A stretch of 60,274 nucleotides of DNA, filler included, from Nitrospirae bacterium CG2_30_53_67 (GCA_001873285.1; 4 parts of 4 records of this genome joined end to end with filler, not necessarily neighbours in it); one strand, 5' to 3'; counted from the whole stretch's first letter, positions 9,884-20,507 are shown. The notes: a model not told the origin generated them from the letters alone. Numbers and translations are program-made.

Positions 9884-11376
9884 CGCCGGCTCCATGCCAT
9901 GGCGCATCTCACGGCCCTGTTCCATCCGGCGCAGAGGGCCTTTCTTTCACTCTCGACCATGGTTGGGAGGAATCGCTCTTTGAGCCTCCAGATCCTGGAG
10001 ACCTCGTCCAGGCTCTTCCAGAAACCTACAGCGAGACCGGATAGGAAAGCGGCGCCGAGCGCCGTGGTCTCTTGAACCTCGGGCCTTTCCACGGGGAGCT
10101 TCAGGATGTCGGCTTGGAACTGCATAAGAAAGCGGTTGCCCACGGCGCCTCCGTCCACACGGAGGCTCCGGATCGGAATGCCGGAGTCTTGCCGCATCAC
10201 GTTCAATACATCGAGGGTCTGATACGCGATGGACTCCAGGACCGCCCTGATGATCTGGGCGCGTCCGGCCCCCCTGGTGAGCCCCACGATCGTTCCCCTC
10301 GCATACATGTCCCAGTAAGGCGCCCCCAGCCCCACAAAGGCCGGGACCACATAGACCCCGCCCGTATCGGGTACGCTCCTTGCAAGGGCCTCGCTCTCCT
10401 CAGCATGGTCGAAAAATTTCAGTTCGTCTCTGAGCCACTGGACGGCCGCACCGGCAATAAAAATACTTCCCTCAAGGGCATAGGTAATCTTCCCGCCGAT
10501 GCCCCAGGCGATCGAGGTGAGGAGGCCGTTCCCCGAAGCCACCGGGGCGGGCCCCGTGTTCATCACCATAAAGCAGCCGGTCCCGTAGGTGTTCTTGACC
10601 ATCCCCTTCTGAAAACAGACCTGGCCGAAGAGAGCGGCCTGCTGGTCCCCGGCTACTCCGGTAATGGGGATGGCCTCCCCGCCGAAAAGATCCGCCTGTG
10701 TGGAGCCGAAATCCCCGCTTGAGGGGCGCACCTCCGGAAGGATGGCCTCTGGAATATCAAGCTCATTCAGAATCTCCCGGTCCCAGCACATCTCATGGAT
10801 ATTGTACAGCATGGTCCTTGAGGCATTGGAATAATCGGTGGCGTGCACGGCGCCACCGGTCAGATGATAAATCAGGAACGAATCCATGGTCCCGAAGCAG
10901 AGATCTCCTCTCAAGGCCATCTCTCCGGCCCCTTCTACATGATTCAGAATCCATTGGACCTTGGTCCCTGAGAAATAGGCATCTATGACCAGTCCGGTTT
11001 TTTTGCGGATGATCTCCTCCAACCCTTTCTGCTTCAACTGCTCGCACGCTGGGGCCGTTCTCCGGCATTGCCAGACGATGGCGTGATGGATCGGCCTCCC
11101 GGTCTTCCTTTCCCAGATCACCGTGGTCTCCCGCTGGTTGGTGATCCCGATCCCCGCAATCTCCGCCGGGGCTATGCCAGCCTTCCGGATCGCATCACGG
11201 GCAACGTCAAGCTGGGTCTCCCAGATCTCCATGGGATCATGTTCCACCCATCCCGGCCTGGGATAGATCTGCCTGAACTCCTTCTGAGAGGAGGCGAGGA
11301 TTCTTCCTTCCCGGTCAAAGAGAACGGCCCGTGAACTGGTGGTACCCTGATCGAGGGAGAGGACGGCCTTCTTCAT
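9880..11376 (-). CDS. glpK: Glycerol kinase
   Basis: [49 protein letters not shown]. Confidence 0.98.
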   Translation of the reverse strand: MKKAVLSLDQGTTSSRAVLFDREGRILASSQKEFRQIYPRPGWVEHDPMEIWETQLDVARDAIRKAGIAPAEIAGIGITNQRETTVIWERKTGRPIHHAIVWQCRRTAPACEQLKQKGLEEIIRKKTGLVIDAYFSGTKVQWILNHVEGAGEMALRGDLCFGTMDSFLIYHLTGGAVHATDYSNASRTMLYNIHEMCWDREILNELDIPEAILPEVRPSSGDFGSTQADLFGGEAIPITGVAGDQQAALFGQVCFQKGMVKNTYGTGCFMVMNTGPAPVASGNGLLTSIAWGIGGKITYALEGSIFIAGAAVQWLRDELKFFDHAEESEALARSVPDTGGVYVVPAFVGLGAPYWDMYARGTIVGLTRGAGRAQIIRAVLESIAYQTLDVLNVMRQDSGIPIRSLRVDGGAVGNRFLMQFQADILKLPVERPEVQETTALGAAFLSGLAVGFWKSLDEVSRIWRLKERFLPTMVESERKALCAGWNRAVRCAMAWSRR

Positions 11377-11381
11377 CGAAT

Positions 11382-12557
11382 TTATTCAGCCCTCCCCTGC
11401 AGGTAGGCGAGATCCCTGCTCTGGCTCGCCTTGGTTCCGATCCTGAGCACCCTGAACCGCCGGGTCTCAGACTGCCTATAGTAGATCCGGCCGGATGATC
11501 CGAAACCCAGCTCAAAGGCATCGCACTTCTCAACCCCGGAGATTTTCCTCCTGATCTTAAGACCGGGATCTCCGTCGTTCAACCGTTTCAGCATCTCCTC
11601 GGCCTGTAGTTTTATTTTCTCATCCCCCAGACGGACAAGATCTTCCACGGCCTTCCGGTCCATTTCCAGATTCCGATAAAGTTTTGCAAAACGTTCGGAC
11701 AGGGCCTGTTCCTCCTTGACGGACCTGGATTTCTGCGCTTCATGTCTGACCGCTTTCTCTTCCAGTGTGTCTATCTTTTCCTTCTGCTCCTCGGTCTGCT
11801 CGATGGTCACAAGGAGCTCTTCTTCCAGGGAAGCCTTCTCCTTTTCCAGCCGTTCCACTTCCTGTATCCACACGTCCTCCTGGGTCTTGATATCGGAGAG
11901 TCTGCTGCGGGCCTCCTGAAGTTCATGCTCCACCTGATCGATCACCGTACGCTTTTCGGTTTCGAACCTTTCCTCCATATCGTGTATCCTCTTTTCCTCA
12001 AGCAGGGAGGATCGCTGGTAATAGAGATATAGAAAAACCACCGTCGACAGAATATAGGCCAGCAGAATGCCGCTCCCCAGCCATGAGGTCACCGGGATTT
12101 TTACCGAAACCACGATATTCATCCCCTGGATGTATTCCGAGTATTTCTCCAGGTAGTCTTCCACCTTTCCGGCGGCCTGGTTCGCGATATATCCATTTTC
12201 ATCAAAAAGAGAACCGGGTTTCTTTTCCGGAACCTTGCCTTTGATAAAGGGTGAAAGGAGGTGTTCATAATATGGATAGATGACGTTCTCCTGGGCATCG
12301 GTGATACGCACCCCGGTCTCCGCTCCCAGACGGGCAGCCCGACTTTTGGCAAGTATGGAAACAACGTTCTTATTCACTTCATCATAAAGGCTGACCTTCC
12401 CCTGAAGAAGCTCAAAATCGTTCTGAATGAGCTGCTGATGTAACACACGAGTCAGATCATTCCTGAACCAGAGCTGCAGATACGGCAGCGTCAGGACATA
12501 GAGGATGGAGGGCGCAAAAATACTGACGTAGAGAATCTTGAAGGAAAAACTTTTCAT
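11382..12557 (-). CDS. Two-TM, coiled-coil membrane protein with putative C-terminal RelE/HigB-like domain
   Basis: Hydrophobic segments at aa ~7-27 and ~158-179, Glu/Lys-rich heptad region ~180-290, C-terminal [13 protein letters not shown]...[15 protein letters not shown]. Confidence 0.75.
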   Translation of the reverse strand: MKSFSFKILYVSIFAPSILYVLTLPYLQLWFRNDLTRVLHQQLIQNDFELLQGKVSLYDEVNKNVVSILAKSRAARLGAETGVRITDAQENVIYPYYEHLLSPFIKGKVPEKKPGSLFDENGYIANQAAGKVEDYLEKYSEYIQGMNIVVSVKIPVTSWLGSGILLAYILSTVVFLYLYYQRSSLLEEKRIHDMEERFETEKRTVIDQVEHELQEARSRLSDIKTQEDVWIQEVERLEKEKASLEEELLVTIEQTEEQKEKIDTLEEKAVRHEAQKSRSVKEEQALSERFAKLYRNLEMDRKAVEDLVRLGDEKIKLQAEEMLKRLNDGDPGLKIRRKISGVEKCDAFELGFGSSGRIYYRQSETRRFRVLRIGTKASQSRDLAYLQGRAE

Positions 12558-12574
12558 CGCTCACTTTCCGGGGA

Positions 12575-13348
12575 TCAGCGGCCTATGGACACCGGTTTGC
12601 CGGCGGGATCGGCTGCGCCCCACTCATACCGAACCAGGGCGGCTGAAAGGATCCCCGCCGTCTCAGAGCGCAGGATCAGGCCCCCCAGCGAGACCGGTAT
12701 AAAACCGTGTTCATTCAGCAGACCGGCCTCCTCCCTTGAGATTCCTCCCTCAGGCCCGACCAGGAGGGCGATGCTTCCCGGTTCAGGGCAGGCATTTCGT
12801 ACTTTACGAAGGGTTCTGACCTTCTCGTTCTCATCGAAGAATATTTTAAGAGGGACGTGATCTACCTGATTCACGGCTTCATGGAGCATCACCGGATCTT
12901 TGATCCGGGGAAAATCCGGCCGGCCGCACTGTCTGGAGGCTCCTTGTGCAATACGCTGCCATCGCTTAAGCCAGTGGCCGGTTCTTTCCGGATCGAGAAT
13001 CCGGACGGACCGTTCCATGTAGATGGGAATGATGTCATGGACTCCTATCTCAGCGGCCTTTTGTACCAGCCACTCCATCCTTTTTCCTTTGGGAACGGAC
13101 TGCAAGAGGGTGATCCTAAGAGAGCATGAATCCGGGATGGAAGATGTTCCCAGGATGGCGCATGAAACCTCACCCTCGGGGAACCCTGAGATCTTTACCC
13201 TGTAAACAAGGCCGGAACCGTCTGAAACCTGCAAGGTATCCCCGATTCTCATACGCAGCACATCACGGATATGCCTGCCGTTCTCCCTGTCCAACATCAG
13301 AGTCTCTTTAAAAACCCGGTCCGGGCTGATAAAAAAATATCTCAACAA
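12575..13348 (-). CDS. rsmE: 16S rRNA (uracil1498-N3)-methyltransferase
   Basis: HIRDVLR, KAAEIGV, ASRQCGR, VGPEGG, LGGLILRSETA; follows dnaJ. Confidence 0.93.
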   Translation of the reverse strand: MLRYFFISPDRVFKETLMLDRENGRHIRDVLRMRIGDTLQVSDGSGLVYRVKISGFPEGEVSCAILGTSSIPDSCSLRITLLQSVPKGKRMEWLVQKAAEIGVHDIIPIYMERSVRILDPERTGHWLKRWQRIAQGASRQCGRPDFPRIKDPVMLHEAVNQVDHVPLKIFFDENEKVRTLRKVRNACPEPGSIALLVGPEGGISREEAGLLNEHGFIPVSLGGLILRSETAGILSAALVRYEWGAADPAGKPVSIGR

Positions 13349-13493
13349 AAACTCCCAAATAGCTGATCGTGTGTTATCACTGGAAGATGAAACCTGAGCA
13401 GAAAAAAGAGCCTGCCTTACACATTGAGTGTATGGAACGGCTTAAGCCTTTTAAAGAATCGCCGTTCCAGGATCATGAGCACCCTCACCCGAA

Positions 13494-13685
13494 GGGTGTG
13501 CGACAAAAATACCTGTCCTCCGATCCCCCGATCCAGTCGGAGGACAGACCCGACCGCACAATCCACCCTTCGAGAGGCTCAGGGTGACAATTGTCATGGT
13601 GAGCTTGTCGAACCATGGATTCCCCGATCGAGTCGGGGAATGACGCTCTTAGAGAAATATGTACCCATAAATTTGTCGCAGACCC
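13494..13685. mobile_element. MITE family A, complete copy with 9-bp TSD
   Basis: TIRs GGGTGTGCGACAAA / TTTGTCGCAGACCC; TCACCCGAA at 13485-13493 and 13686-13694; related ends at 40991, 52593, 60211. Confidence 0.85.
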
Positions 13686-14798
13686 TCACCCGAAGATCCC
13701 CTTGACTTTTTCAAAAAAACTCCGGCTGATGGGATGCACATCCTCACCGCTGATCCGAGTAAACTCTTCAAGCAGTTCTCTCTGCCTGGGGTTGAGATGA
13801 GTGGGCGTCTCCACCTGAATCCTAACAAGCTGATCCCCGACGCTGTAGCCGTGCAGGCTCGGAAACCCTTTGCCCCTCAGAATGATCACGCTTCCGCTTT
13901 GGGTCCCCGGCTTGACCTCGATCATCTCCGGACCGTGGAGCGTAGGGACCCTGATCCGGTCGCCCAACGCCGCCTGGCTGAAACTGATGGGAAACTCACA
14001 GAGGATGTTGTTCCCTTCACGTGCAAAGAACTCGTGATCCTTGACCCGGATGACCACATACAGGTCGCCCCTCTGGCCGTTGTTCATTCCGGCCTCGCCT
14101 TCTCCGCTCAGCCGAAGCCTTGTGCCGGTCTCCACACCGGGAGGGATCTTCACGCTGATCGTCCGAACCGCCTGGACCTGTCCTTTCCCTCCGCACGTCT
14201 TGCAGGGGTGGGTAATGACCACACCTTCGCCGTTGCAATGACTGCAGGGCCGGCTGATGCTGAAGAAACCCTGCTGGTAACGCACCTGACCGAGCCCCCT
14301 GCACGTCGGGCATCGTTCAGGGCTCCGGCCCTTCTCAGTCCGGCGGCCACGACACTCACCGCAGGTCTCCATCCTCGGGATCTCCACCTCCGTCTGAAGG
14401 CCCATGGCCGCATTTTCAAAACTGATCTCCAAATTGTAGCGCAGGTCCGAGCCTCTCTGAGGCCTTCTCTGCCTGGCCTCCGCGCTTCCCCCGAAAAAAT
14501 CGTTGAAAATGTCTCCGAAGATATCCCCTAAACCGCCGAACCCTTCCGTCCGGAAACCGGCAAAACCGTTTGAACCCATGGTATGCCCAAACTGATCGTA
14601 CGTCGCGCGCTTCTGGGGGTCTGAAAGAACTTCATAGGCCTCATTGACTTCTTTGAAGCGGCCTTCGGCTTCCTTGTCATCCGGGTTCTTGTCCGGATGA
14701 TACCTCATGGCAAGACGGCGGTACGCCTTTTTGATCTCTGCATCTGAAGCGTTTTGGTGGATCTCCAGAATGTCATAATAATCTCTTTTTCTATCCAT
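13686..14798 (-). CDS. dnaJ: Chaperone DnaJ
   Basis: J domain HPD, G/F region, four CxxCxGxG-type repeats. Confidence 0.98.
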   Translation of the reverse strand: MDRKRDYYDILEIHQNASDAEIKKAYRRLAMRYHPDKNPDDKEAEGRFKEVNEAYEVLSDPQKRATYDQFGHTMGSNGFAGFRTEGFGGLGDIFGDIFNDFFGGSAEARQRRPQRGSDLRYNLEISFENAAMGLQTEVEIPRMETCGECRGRRTEKGRSPERCPTCRGLGQVRYQQGFFSISRPCSHCNGEGVVITHPCKTCGGKGQVQAVRTISVKIPPGVETGTRLRLSGEGEAGMNNGQRGDLYVVIRVKDHEFFAREGNNILCEFPISFSQAALGDRIRVPTLHGPEMIEVKPGTQSGSVIILRGKGFPSLHGYSVGDQLVRIQVETPTHLNPRQRELLEEFTRISGEDVHPISRSFFEKVKGIFG

Positions 14799-14804
14799 AG
14801 ATGA

Positions 14805-15200
14805 TCATTCTTCAAGATTGACCTTGTCCTCATCAGGATCGATCTCATAGACCGCGCCTTCGGAGGATTGAGGATCTTTATAAATCTGCTCGGCAAACTT
14901 GTAGGACCTCTTCTTCAGTTCGTCTTTGGCTTTTTGAATCTCGGCAGCATCGGACCCCTGTAAGGCGCGCCGCGCCGACTTCAGGGCTTCCTCAATGAAG
15001 GCAAGGTCCGAAGGATCCATTTTAGACCGATATTCCCTGATGGTCTTCTCCGTATTGTAGACCAGCGCATCGCAGGCGTTCCTCTCATCGGCCAGTTCTT
15101 TCAGTTTGTGGTCTTCCTGTCTGTGCGATTCCGAATCCTGGATCATCTTTTGAATCTCTTCCTCAGAAAGCCCGCTCGATGCCGTGATCTTAATGGACTG
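14805..15200 (-). CDS. dnaK: DnaK C-terminal part (5' end lost in gap)
   Basis: QSIKITASSGLSEEEIQKMIQDSE... lid region directly upstream of dnaJ. Confidence 0.9.
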   Translation of the reverse strand, partial: QSIKITASSGLSEEEIQKMIQDSESHRQEDHKLKELADERNACDALVYNTEKTIREYRSKMDPSDLAFIEEALKSARRALQGSDAAEIQKAKDELKKRSYKFAEQIYKDPQSSEGAVYEIDPDEDKVNLEE

Positions 15201-15300
15201 NNNNNNNNNNNNNNNNNNNNNNNNNNNNNNNNNNNNNNNNNNNNTTAATTAATTAANNNNNNNNNNNNNNNNNNNNNNNNNNNNNNNNNNNNNNNNNNNN
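15201..15300. other. Artificial contig linker / assembly gap
   Basis: 100 nt of N with TTAATTAATTAA (six-frame stop) linker. Confidence 0.97.
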
Positions 15301-15543
15301 GATTGCTGGGATAACGCAGTGGCTGAAAGTTTCTTTGGCAGCCTGAAAACAGAACGGGTATTTTTCACAAATTACAATACCAGGAACGAAGCCAGGACAG
15401 ACATCGTTGACTACATCGAGATGTTCTATAATAGTAAACGGCGTCATTCTTATCTTGGATATCTGAGTCCCAGGGAGTACGAGCGTATGTGGCTTTTAAG
15501 AAAGGCCGCTTAAATAAGTGTCCATTTTTACTTGACCACCTCA
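15301..15543 (+). mobile_element. IS3-family element, 3' end (transposase C-terminus to 15513 plus right IR)
   Basis: [18 protein letters not shown]...[20 protein letters not shown]; right end GTGTCCATTTTTACTTGACCACCTCA ending in CA. Confidence 0.9.
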
Positions 15544-15655
15544 GACAATACCTAACAAATTATGGGAACCGGAAATGTGTGAATTAAGTGAAACGTTTGG
15601 GCTTCACAAGTTCAGCCCAACCTACGCGAGCTGTCCCGATGAGGCCAAAAAAATC

Positions 15656-15697
15656 TTGCCTTATTTAGCAGTTGGTTGTATGATCTACACTATCATA
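15656..15697 (+). promoter_or_regulatory. Sigma70 promoter with overlapping palindromic operator of TA operon
   Basis: TTGCCT-17-TATGAT; palindrome TATGAT-N7-ATCATA at 15679-15697. Confidence 0.6.
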
Positions 15698-15710
15698 GGA
15701 GGTATTACTA

Positions 15711-15983
15711 ATGGCTAAATTACCAACGATCGTTCCTATTACTGATCTTCGCCAAGATGCAACCGCTATCGTCAAGCGCGTTGCTGCCTCACGGGAACCT
15801 GTATTTATTACACAACGTGGTCGTGCGGCCGCTGTCATTGTAAGCATGGAAGCATACGAGCATACCCAGCATGAGTTGGAGATCCTGCGTTTGCTTGCCC
15901 GTGGTGAGAAAGAAATTGAAGCTGGAAAAGGATACGATCTTGATGCAATTCTTGCGGAAGCCGATTTACTTTTAAAGGCATGA
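15711..15983 (+). CDS. Phd/YefM family antitoxin
   Basis: VPITDLR...PVFITQRGRAAAVIVSMEAYE. Confidence 0.92.
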   Translation: MAKLPTIVPITDLRQDATAIVKRVAASREPVFITQRGRAAAVIVSMEAYEHTQHELEILRLLARGEKEIEAGKGYDLDAILAEADLLLKA

Positions 15984-15987
15984 ATCC

Positions 15988-16272
15988 TTGAAAATTCTCT
16001 TTACTCCTGCGGCACGAAGTCAATTTCTTGCTGCTATCTCTTATATTTACAGAGAGAATCCATCAGCAGCCATCGCTTTCCGAGAAAAATCTAAAAAAGT
16101 ATTGTCCAGGCTCAGAAAATTTCCCCATTCAGGCAGAGCTCTGCCGGAGTTTCCCGAACTACCCTTTCGTGAGGTCATTGTGGCACCGTACCGTTTTTTC
16201 TACCGTGTGAAAGAAAAAACTGTTTGGGTTGTTGCTGTCTGGCATGGTGCACAACTTGCTGATGAACCATAG
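15988..16272 (+). CDS. RelE/ParE family toxin
   Basis: YIYRENPSAA...LRKFPHSGRALPE...REVIVAPYRFFY...VAVWHGAQ. Confidence 0.9.
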   Translation: MKILFTPAARSQFLAAISYIYRENPSAAIAFREKSKKVLSRLRKFPHSGRALPEFPELPFREVIVAPYRFFYRVKEKTVWVVAVWHGAQLADEP

Positions 16273-16353
16273 AATGATGAAGAAGAGAAAAGAAAAAGGC
16301 GTTGATTGAATCGTGTGCTAAAAAGAGATCACCCCGCACGAGTCTGCACGATC

Positions 16354-16938
16354 TTATATGTTATCGCATATCTTCTTGTAATCCTCCGGGGTATCCATAT
16401 CCAGGATCACCCCCTCATCGGTCACGGGGATGACGCTCACCCTGTCCGGATCTTTATGGACGACCTCCCGCAGGCTTTGAAGTGAGAAGATCTCCCTGAC
16501 AACCGGCATGGGGAAGAGGGTCGGGTGTCCCCGCCTCCCGAGGAAGCTTGGGATCATGATTTTATCCGGGTCTTCGATGTGGGATCGGACAAGGGTCCGA
16601 AAGGTTTCTACGGAGACCAAAGGGTGGTCGGCAAGACAGATGAGCACACCGGATGAGCCTGTATCTACTTGATGAAGGCCGGCCCTCACGGATTCTGCCA
16701 TGTCGCTTTCTATATTCCGGTTGAATGCGATCCTGACAGGAAGTCCATCCACGGCCTTTGCAAGCGGGTCTCCGTCCATGCCGAGGACAATCACGATGTC
16801 TTCGATCCCAGAGGCGATGATCGTTTCAAGGCAATGCCTCGCCACCGGTTTTTCTTTCAACGGCAGAAGCAGTTTTGATTGTCCCATCCTCGTGGATTTC
16901 CCTGCTGCAAGAAGGACCGCCGATACCCGATGAGACAT
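16354..16938 (-). CDS. Molybdenum cofactor cytidylyltransferase (MocA-like)
   Basis: LLAAGKSTRMG..KLLL, LADHP, GHPTLF, DMDTPEDY; in Mo-hydroxylase cluster. Confidence 0.88.
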   Translation of the reverse strand: MSHRVSAVLLAAGKSTRMGQSKLLLPLKEKPVARHCLETIIASGIEDIVIVLGMDGDPLAKAVDGLPVRIAFNRNIESDMAESVRAGLHQVDTGSSGVLICLADHPLVSVETFRTLVRSHIEDPDKIMIPSFLGRRGHPTLFPMPVVREIFSLQSLREVVHKDPDRVSVIPVTDEGVILDMDTPEDYKKICDNI

Positions 16939-17695
16939 TCCGCCTCCTCTCCTGGATCAACTGCGCTACAATGCTGATGGCAATCTCCTCGGGACTCACG
17001 GATCCGATGGCAAGGCCCACAGGGATGACGATACGGCCCAGTTCCTCTCTTGAGAATCCCAGGCCTTCAAGGGTCTTGAACAGGACGGCTCTTTTGCGCT
17101 TGCTCCCGACGAGGCCGATATACTTTGCCTCTGTGCGCAAGGCGGCCTGTAATGCCTCAAGGTCATGATTGTGCCCCCGTGTGGCGATCACGACATAGGT
17201 ATTCCTGCCAGCCGGAACCGTGGAGAAAACCGTTTCAAAGTCATGAACAAGAATCTCGTGCGCCGAGGTGATGCTCTGCGGATTGGCATAGTCTTCACGG
17301 TTGTCCACAACGGTGATCCGGAACCCTGAGAACCTTGCCACTTTGGACAGGGCCTTGCCCACATGCCCGGCGCCGAGGACCACCAGGCTGGGTTCGGGAT
17401 GCTGGGGTTCAATATAGACAAGGACCTTGCCTCCGCAGATCAGGCCGCCGTGTTTTTCCGTGAGATGGAAAGGAATCATCCGGGTCGAACCATCCCGGAT
17501 GGCCATGAGCGAGGCCTGAATGACCTCGGCCTCAAGGCATCCCCCACCGAGGGTGCCGAGGCTGGTCCCGTCCTCCCGGACGAGCATCTTGGCTCCCTGT
17601 TTTTGCGGAGAGGAGCCCACGCACTGCACGATGGTGGCCAGGACCGAAGGTTTACCATTTTTCATGAGCCTCAGCAGCTCTTCATAGATCTCCAT
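16826..17695 (-). CDS. XdhC/CoxI family Moco maturation factor
   Basis: GSSPQKQGAKM, GTLGGGCLE, CGGKV, GAGHVG, TRGHNHD, YIGLVGS, PEEIAISI. Confidence 0.92.
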   Translation of the reverse strand: MEIYEELLRLMKNGKPSVLATIVQCVGSSPQKQGAKMLVREDGTSLGTLGGGCLEAEVIQASLMAIRDGSTRMIPFHLTEKHGGLICGGKVLVYIEPQHPEPSLVVLGAGHVGKALSKVARFSGFRITVVDNREDYANPQSITSAHEILVHDFETVFSTVPAGRNTYVVIATRGHNHDLEALQAALRTEAKYIGLVGSKRKRAVLFKTLEGLGFSREELGRIVIPVGLAIGSVSPEEIAISIVAQLIQERRRNVSSGIGGPSCSREIHEDGTIKTASAVERKTGGEALP

Positions 17696-17702
17696 TTGTC
17701 CC

Positions 17703-19865
17703 TCACACCTTCTTCATGGCGCCGAGAACGGCGGCAGGCGTCATGGGAAGGCGCCTCAGCCGGATCCCCGAGACCGCAAAGAGCGCATTGGCCACGGCCG
17801 GAGCGATCGGCGGGACACCCGGTTCCCCGATTCCTCCCAGGTCTTCACCGCTCTCCACGATGTGTACCTCGACCTCCGGGGCTTCATCCATCCGCAGGAT
17901 GTCATAATTGTGAAAATTTGAAGATTCAACACCCCCGCCGGAGAAGGACATCCCTTCTTTCAAGGCGGCGCTCAGCCCCATGAGGATGCCGCCTGTCATT
18001 TGTGCCTTGACGATATCCGGGTTGATCACATGCCCGCAGTCCACAGCACAGACCACCCGGTGCACCTTGATGGTCCCGTCTTTTCGGTCCAGAGAAACCT
18101 CCGCCACCTGGGCCACATAGCTCCCGAAGGAGAAGTGCATGGCGATCCCCCGGCCATCACCCTGCGTCAGCGCCTTTCCCCAACCTGCTTTTTCCGCCGC
18201 CACTTCCAGCACTCGGCGCGGGCGGGGATGTTTCTTCAGGTGATTCAGGCGGAAAGTCAGGGGATCCACACCCGCAGCATGGGCGAGTTCGTCTACAAAA
18301 GACTCCACGGTAAAGGCATTGTGGGAACTCCCCACGGAACGCCAGAAACCGACGGGTACCGGGGTGTCGATACGGATATATTCCACATGAAGATTCGGGA
18401 TCTCGTATTCCATATTGCTGATCCCTTCGACGGCCGCAGGATCGATGCCCTCCTTGACCTCGTCCGGAAACACGCGGGCAAAGATGGAGGGGCAGACGAC
18501 CTTATGCGACCATGCAGTCATGTTTCCCTTATCATCAATCCCTCCCTGGATCCTGCAGCAATTGCCGGGCCGGTAGAAGTCGTGTTGGGTGTCTTCTTCC
18601 CGGGTCCAGATGACCTTGACCGGCTTCCCGGCGGCCTTGGCCAGATGCACGGCTTCCTCTACAACATCGAGTTCAAAGCGCCTGCCGAACCCTCCGCCGA
18701 GATAGGTGGTGTGAACCTGGATCTGCTCGGGCTTGAGCCCGGTGATTTTGACCGCGGTCTTCAGCACGCCGGACTGGTTCTGTGTCGGCACCCATATTTC
18801 ACATTTTCCATCAGCGATACTGGCCGTGCAGTTCATGGGTTCCATGGTGACATGGGCCAGAAAGGGAAGGAGATAGGTCGCATCGACCTTGCGGGCGGAC
18901 TGATTTAATGCCGCCGTGGCATCCCCGTCGTCCCTGGCTTTGATCCCCTCCTGATCGAGTCTGCCCAGAAAAAGCCTTTCCAGGGATTCCGTGTTCATGC
19001 CGGGATCCTGTCCATCGCCCCATTTGACCTTGAGGCTGTCCCTTCCCTTCCATGCCGCATCGAGCGTATCCGCACACACGGCGATACCGCTCTCCAGTTG
19101 CACGATATTTCGCACACCGGAGACTTTTTTTGCGGCTTCCTGATCCGAGGAAATCGCCTTCGCACCGTAGGCCGGAGGTCGGGCTATGGCGGCATAGAGC
19201 ATACCGGGGACAAAGGTATCCATTCCGAACCGGGCCGAACCGCTGATCTTCTCCTTCAGGTCAACCCTGGGCATGGGCGAGCCGATATATCTGAACTGAT
19301 TCTCCTTTTTTAATTCAGGGTTTTCAGGTACGGGAACCTTGGCGGCCTTGAGGCAGAGTTCTCCATAGGTCATGGCCCGTTTGGTCTTGGGGTGTCTTAC
19401 CTTTCCAAGGTCGGCCTGGCACTCCCCGGCAGGGACACCCCATTCATTGGCCGCGGCGGTGATCAGCATTTCGCGGGCGGCCGCTCCGGCTTTTCTCAGG
19501 GGTTCATGCATATGCCTGATGGAGGTGCTTCCCCCTGTGGCCTGCGTACCCCAGACGGGGTCCCTGTATCCGTCGCCGGCCGGGGCTGCCTGAACCCGGA
19601 CCTGCTTCCAGTCGGCCTCCAGTTCGTCGGCCACGATCATGGGGAGCGAGGTGTAGACACCTTGTCCCATCTCGGACTTGGAGACCACCACCGTGACGAT
19701 ATTGTCCGGGGTGACCTGAAGCCAGACACTCGGCTGGAAAGCCCCCGGCTCATCCATGCCCGCCTCTGCAGCGGAGAGGATCCTGTAGCCGGAAGGCGTC
19801 ATGGTCACGGCCAGGGTCAGGCCGGCAGCCTTTAAGAATTCCCGTCGGCTCATGGCAGTCCTCAT
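17703..19865 (-). CDS. Xanthine oxidase-family molybdopterin subunit (IorB-like), Tat signal
   Basis: SRREFLK Tat motif; SEMGQG, TGGSTS, MEPMNC, GGGFGRR, WRSVG, GIGEPG. Confidence 0.92.
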   Translation of the reverse strand: MRTAMSRREFLKAAGLTLAVTMTPSGYRILSAAEAGMDEPGAFQPSVWLQVTPDNIVTVVVSKSEMGQGVYTSLPMIVADELEADWKQVRVQAAPAGDGYRDPVWGTQATGGSTSIRHMHEPLRKAGAAAREMLITAAANEWGVPAGECQADLGKVRHPKTKRAMTYGELCLKAAKVPVPENPELKKENQFRYIGSPMPRVDLKEKISGSARFGMDTFVPGMLYAAIARPPAYGAKAISSDQEAAKKVSGVRNIVQLESGIAVCADTLDAAWKGRDSLKVKWGDGQDPGMNTESLERLFLGRLDQEGIKARDDGDATAALNQSARKVDATYLLPFLAHVTMEPMNCTASIADGKCEIWVPTQNQSGVLKTAVKITGLKPEQIQVHTTYLGGGFGRRFELDVVEEAVHLAKAAGKPVKVIWTREEDTQHDFYRPGNCCRIQGGIDDKGNMTAWSHKVVCPSIFARVFPDEVKEGIDPAAVEGISNMEYEIPNLHVEYIRIDTPVPVGFWRSVGSSHNAFTVESFVDELAHAAGVDPLTFRLNHLKKHPRPRRVLEVAAEKAGWGKALTQGDGRGIAMHFSFGSYVAQVAEVSLDRKDGTIKVHRVVCAVDCGHVINPDIVKAQMTGGILMGLSAALKEGMSFSGGGVESSNFHNYDILRMDEAPEVEVHIVESGEDLGGIGEPGVPPIAPAVANALFAVSGIRLRRLPMTPAAVLGAMKKV

Positions 19866-20314
19866 TTTCCTCCCTCCTTTCCGGCCAACTGGATGGCCTT
19901 CCTGATCTGGGGATAAGTGCCGCAGCGGCAGAGGTTCCCGTTCATGAACTGCCGGATTTTATCTTCAGAGGGCTTCGGGTCCCCTGAAAGCAGGGCTGCC
20001 GCCTGCATGATCTGTCCGGGCTGGCAGTACCCACATTGCGGGACCTGAAGTTTCAGCCATGCCTCTTTTACGGGATGATTCTCGGGGAGCCCTTCAATGG
20101 TTGTGATCTTCTTTCCGTTCAGCTTTCCCGCTTCAATCTGGCAAGACCTTTCTGCCTTGCCGTCAATATGGACCGTGCACGCACCGCACATCCCGATCCC
20201 GCATCCGAACTTGGTCCCTGTGAGCTGCAGATGCTCCCGGATCACCCAGAGCAGCGGGACATCCGGGTTGACATCAACCTCATGATGTTTGCCGTTTATC
20301 TGAAGAGAAATCAT
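19862..20314 (-). CDS. (2Fe-2S) small subunit (IorA-like)
   Basis: GTKFGCGIGMCGACTV, QCGYCQPG, NLCRCGTY. Confidence 0.95.
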   Translation of the reverse strand: MISLQINGKHHEVDVNPDVPLLWVIREHLQLTGTKFGCGIGMCGACTVHIDGKAERSCQIEAGKLNGKKITTIEGLPENHPVKEAWLKLQVPQCGYCQPGQIMQAAALLSGDPKPSEDKIRQFMNGNLCRCGTYPQIRKAIQLAGKEGGK

Positions 20315-20507
20315 GGGCACCTCCTCTTTTCTAAAACCGGTTTATGGGTTCAGTCATGGGTTGTCATGGTGTTTGGGTAATGGAAGCTATTAAAGACGAT
20401 CTTTTCGTTTTTGGCAAGTCCGCACTCTGAGGGATGATTTGTTAGATCGCGGCTGAACGGACAGTCTTATGTAAAAATAAGCGGAAATCGGTTTAGTTTT
20501 TTATTTT

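Noticed and set aside
13369..13800. Short ORFs over repeats (also 25978-26262, 32649-32897, 52515-52820, 55929-56591, 58210-58443)
   Set aside because: They translate MITE/REP sequence or lie antisense to real genes; no coding evidence.
15590..15626. TTGGGCTTCACAAGTTCAGCCCAA hairpin as IS3 terminus or attC site
   Set aside because: Lies outside the IS3 right IR; single degenerate REP-like palindrome, no integrase or cassette array.
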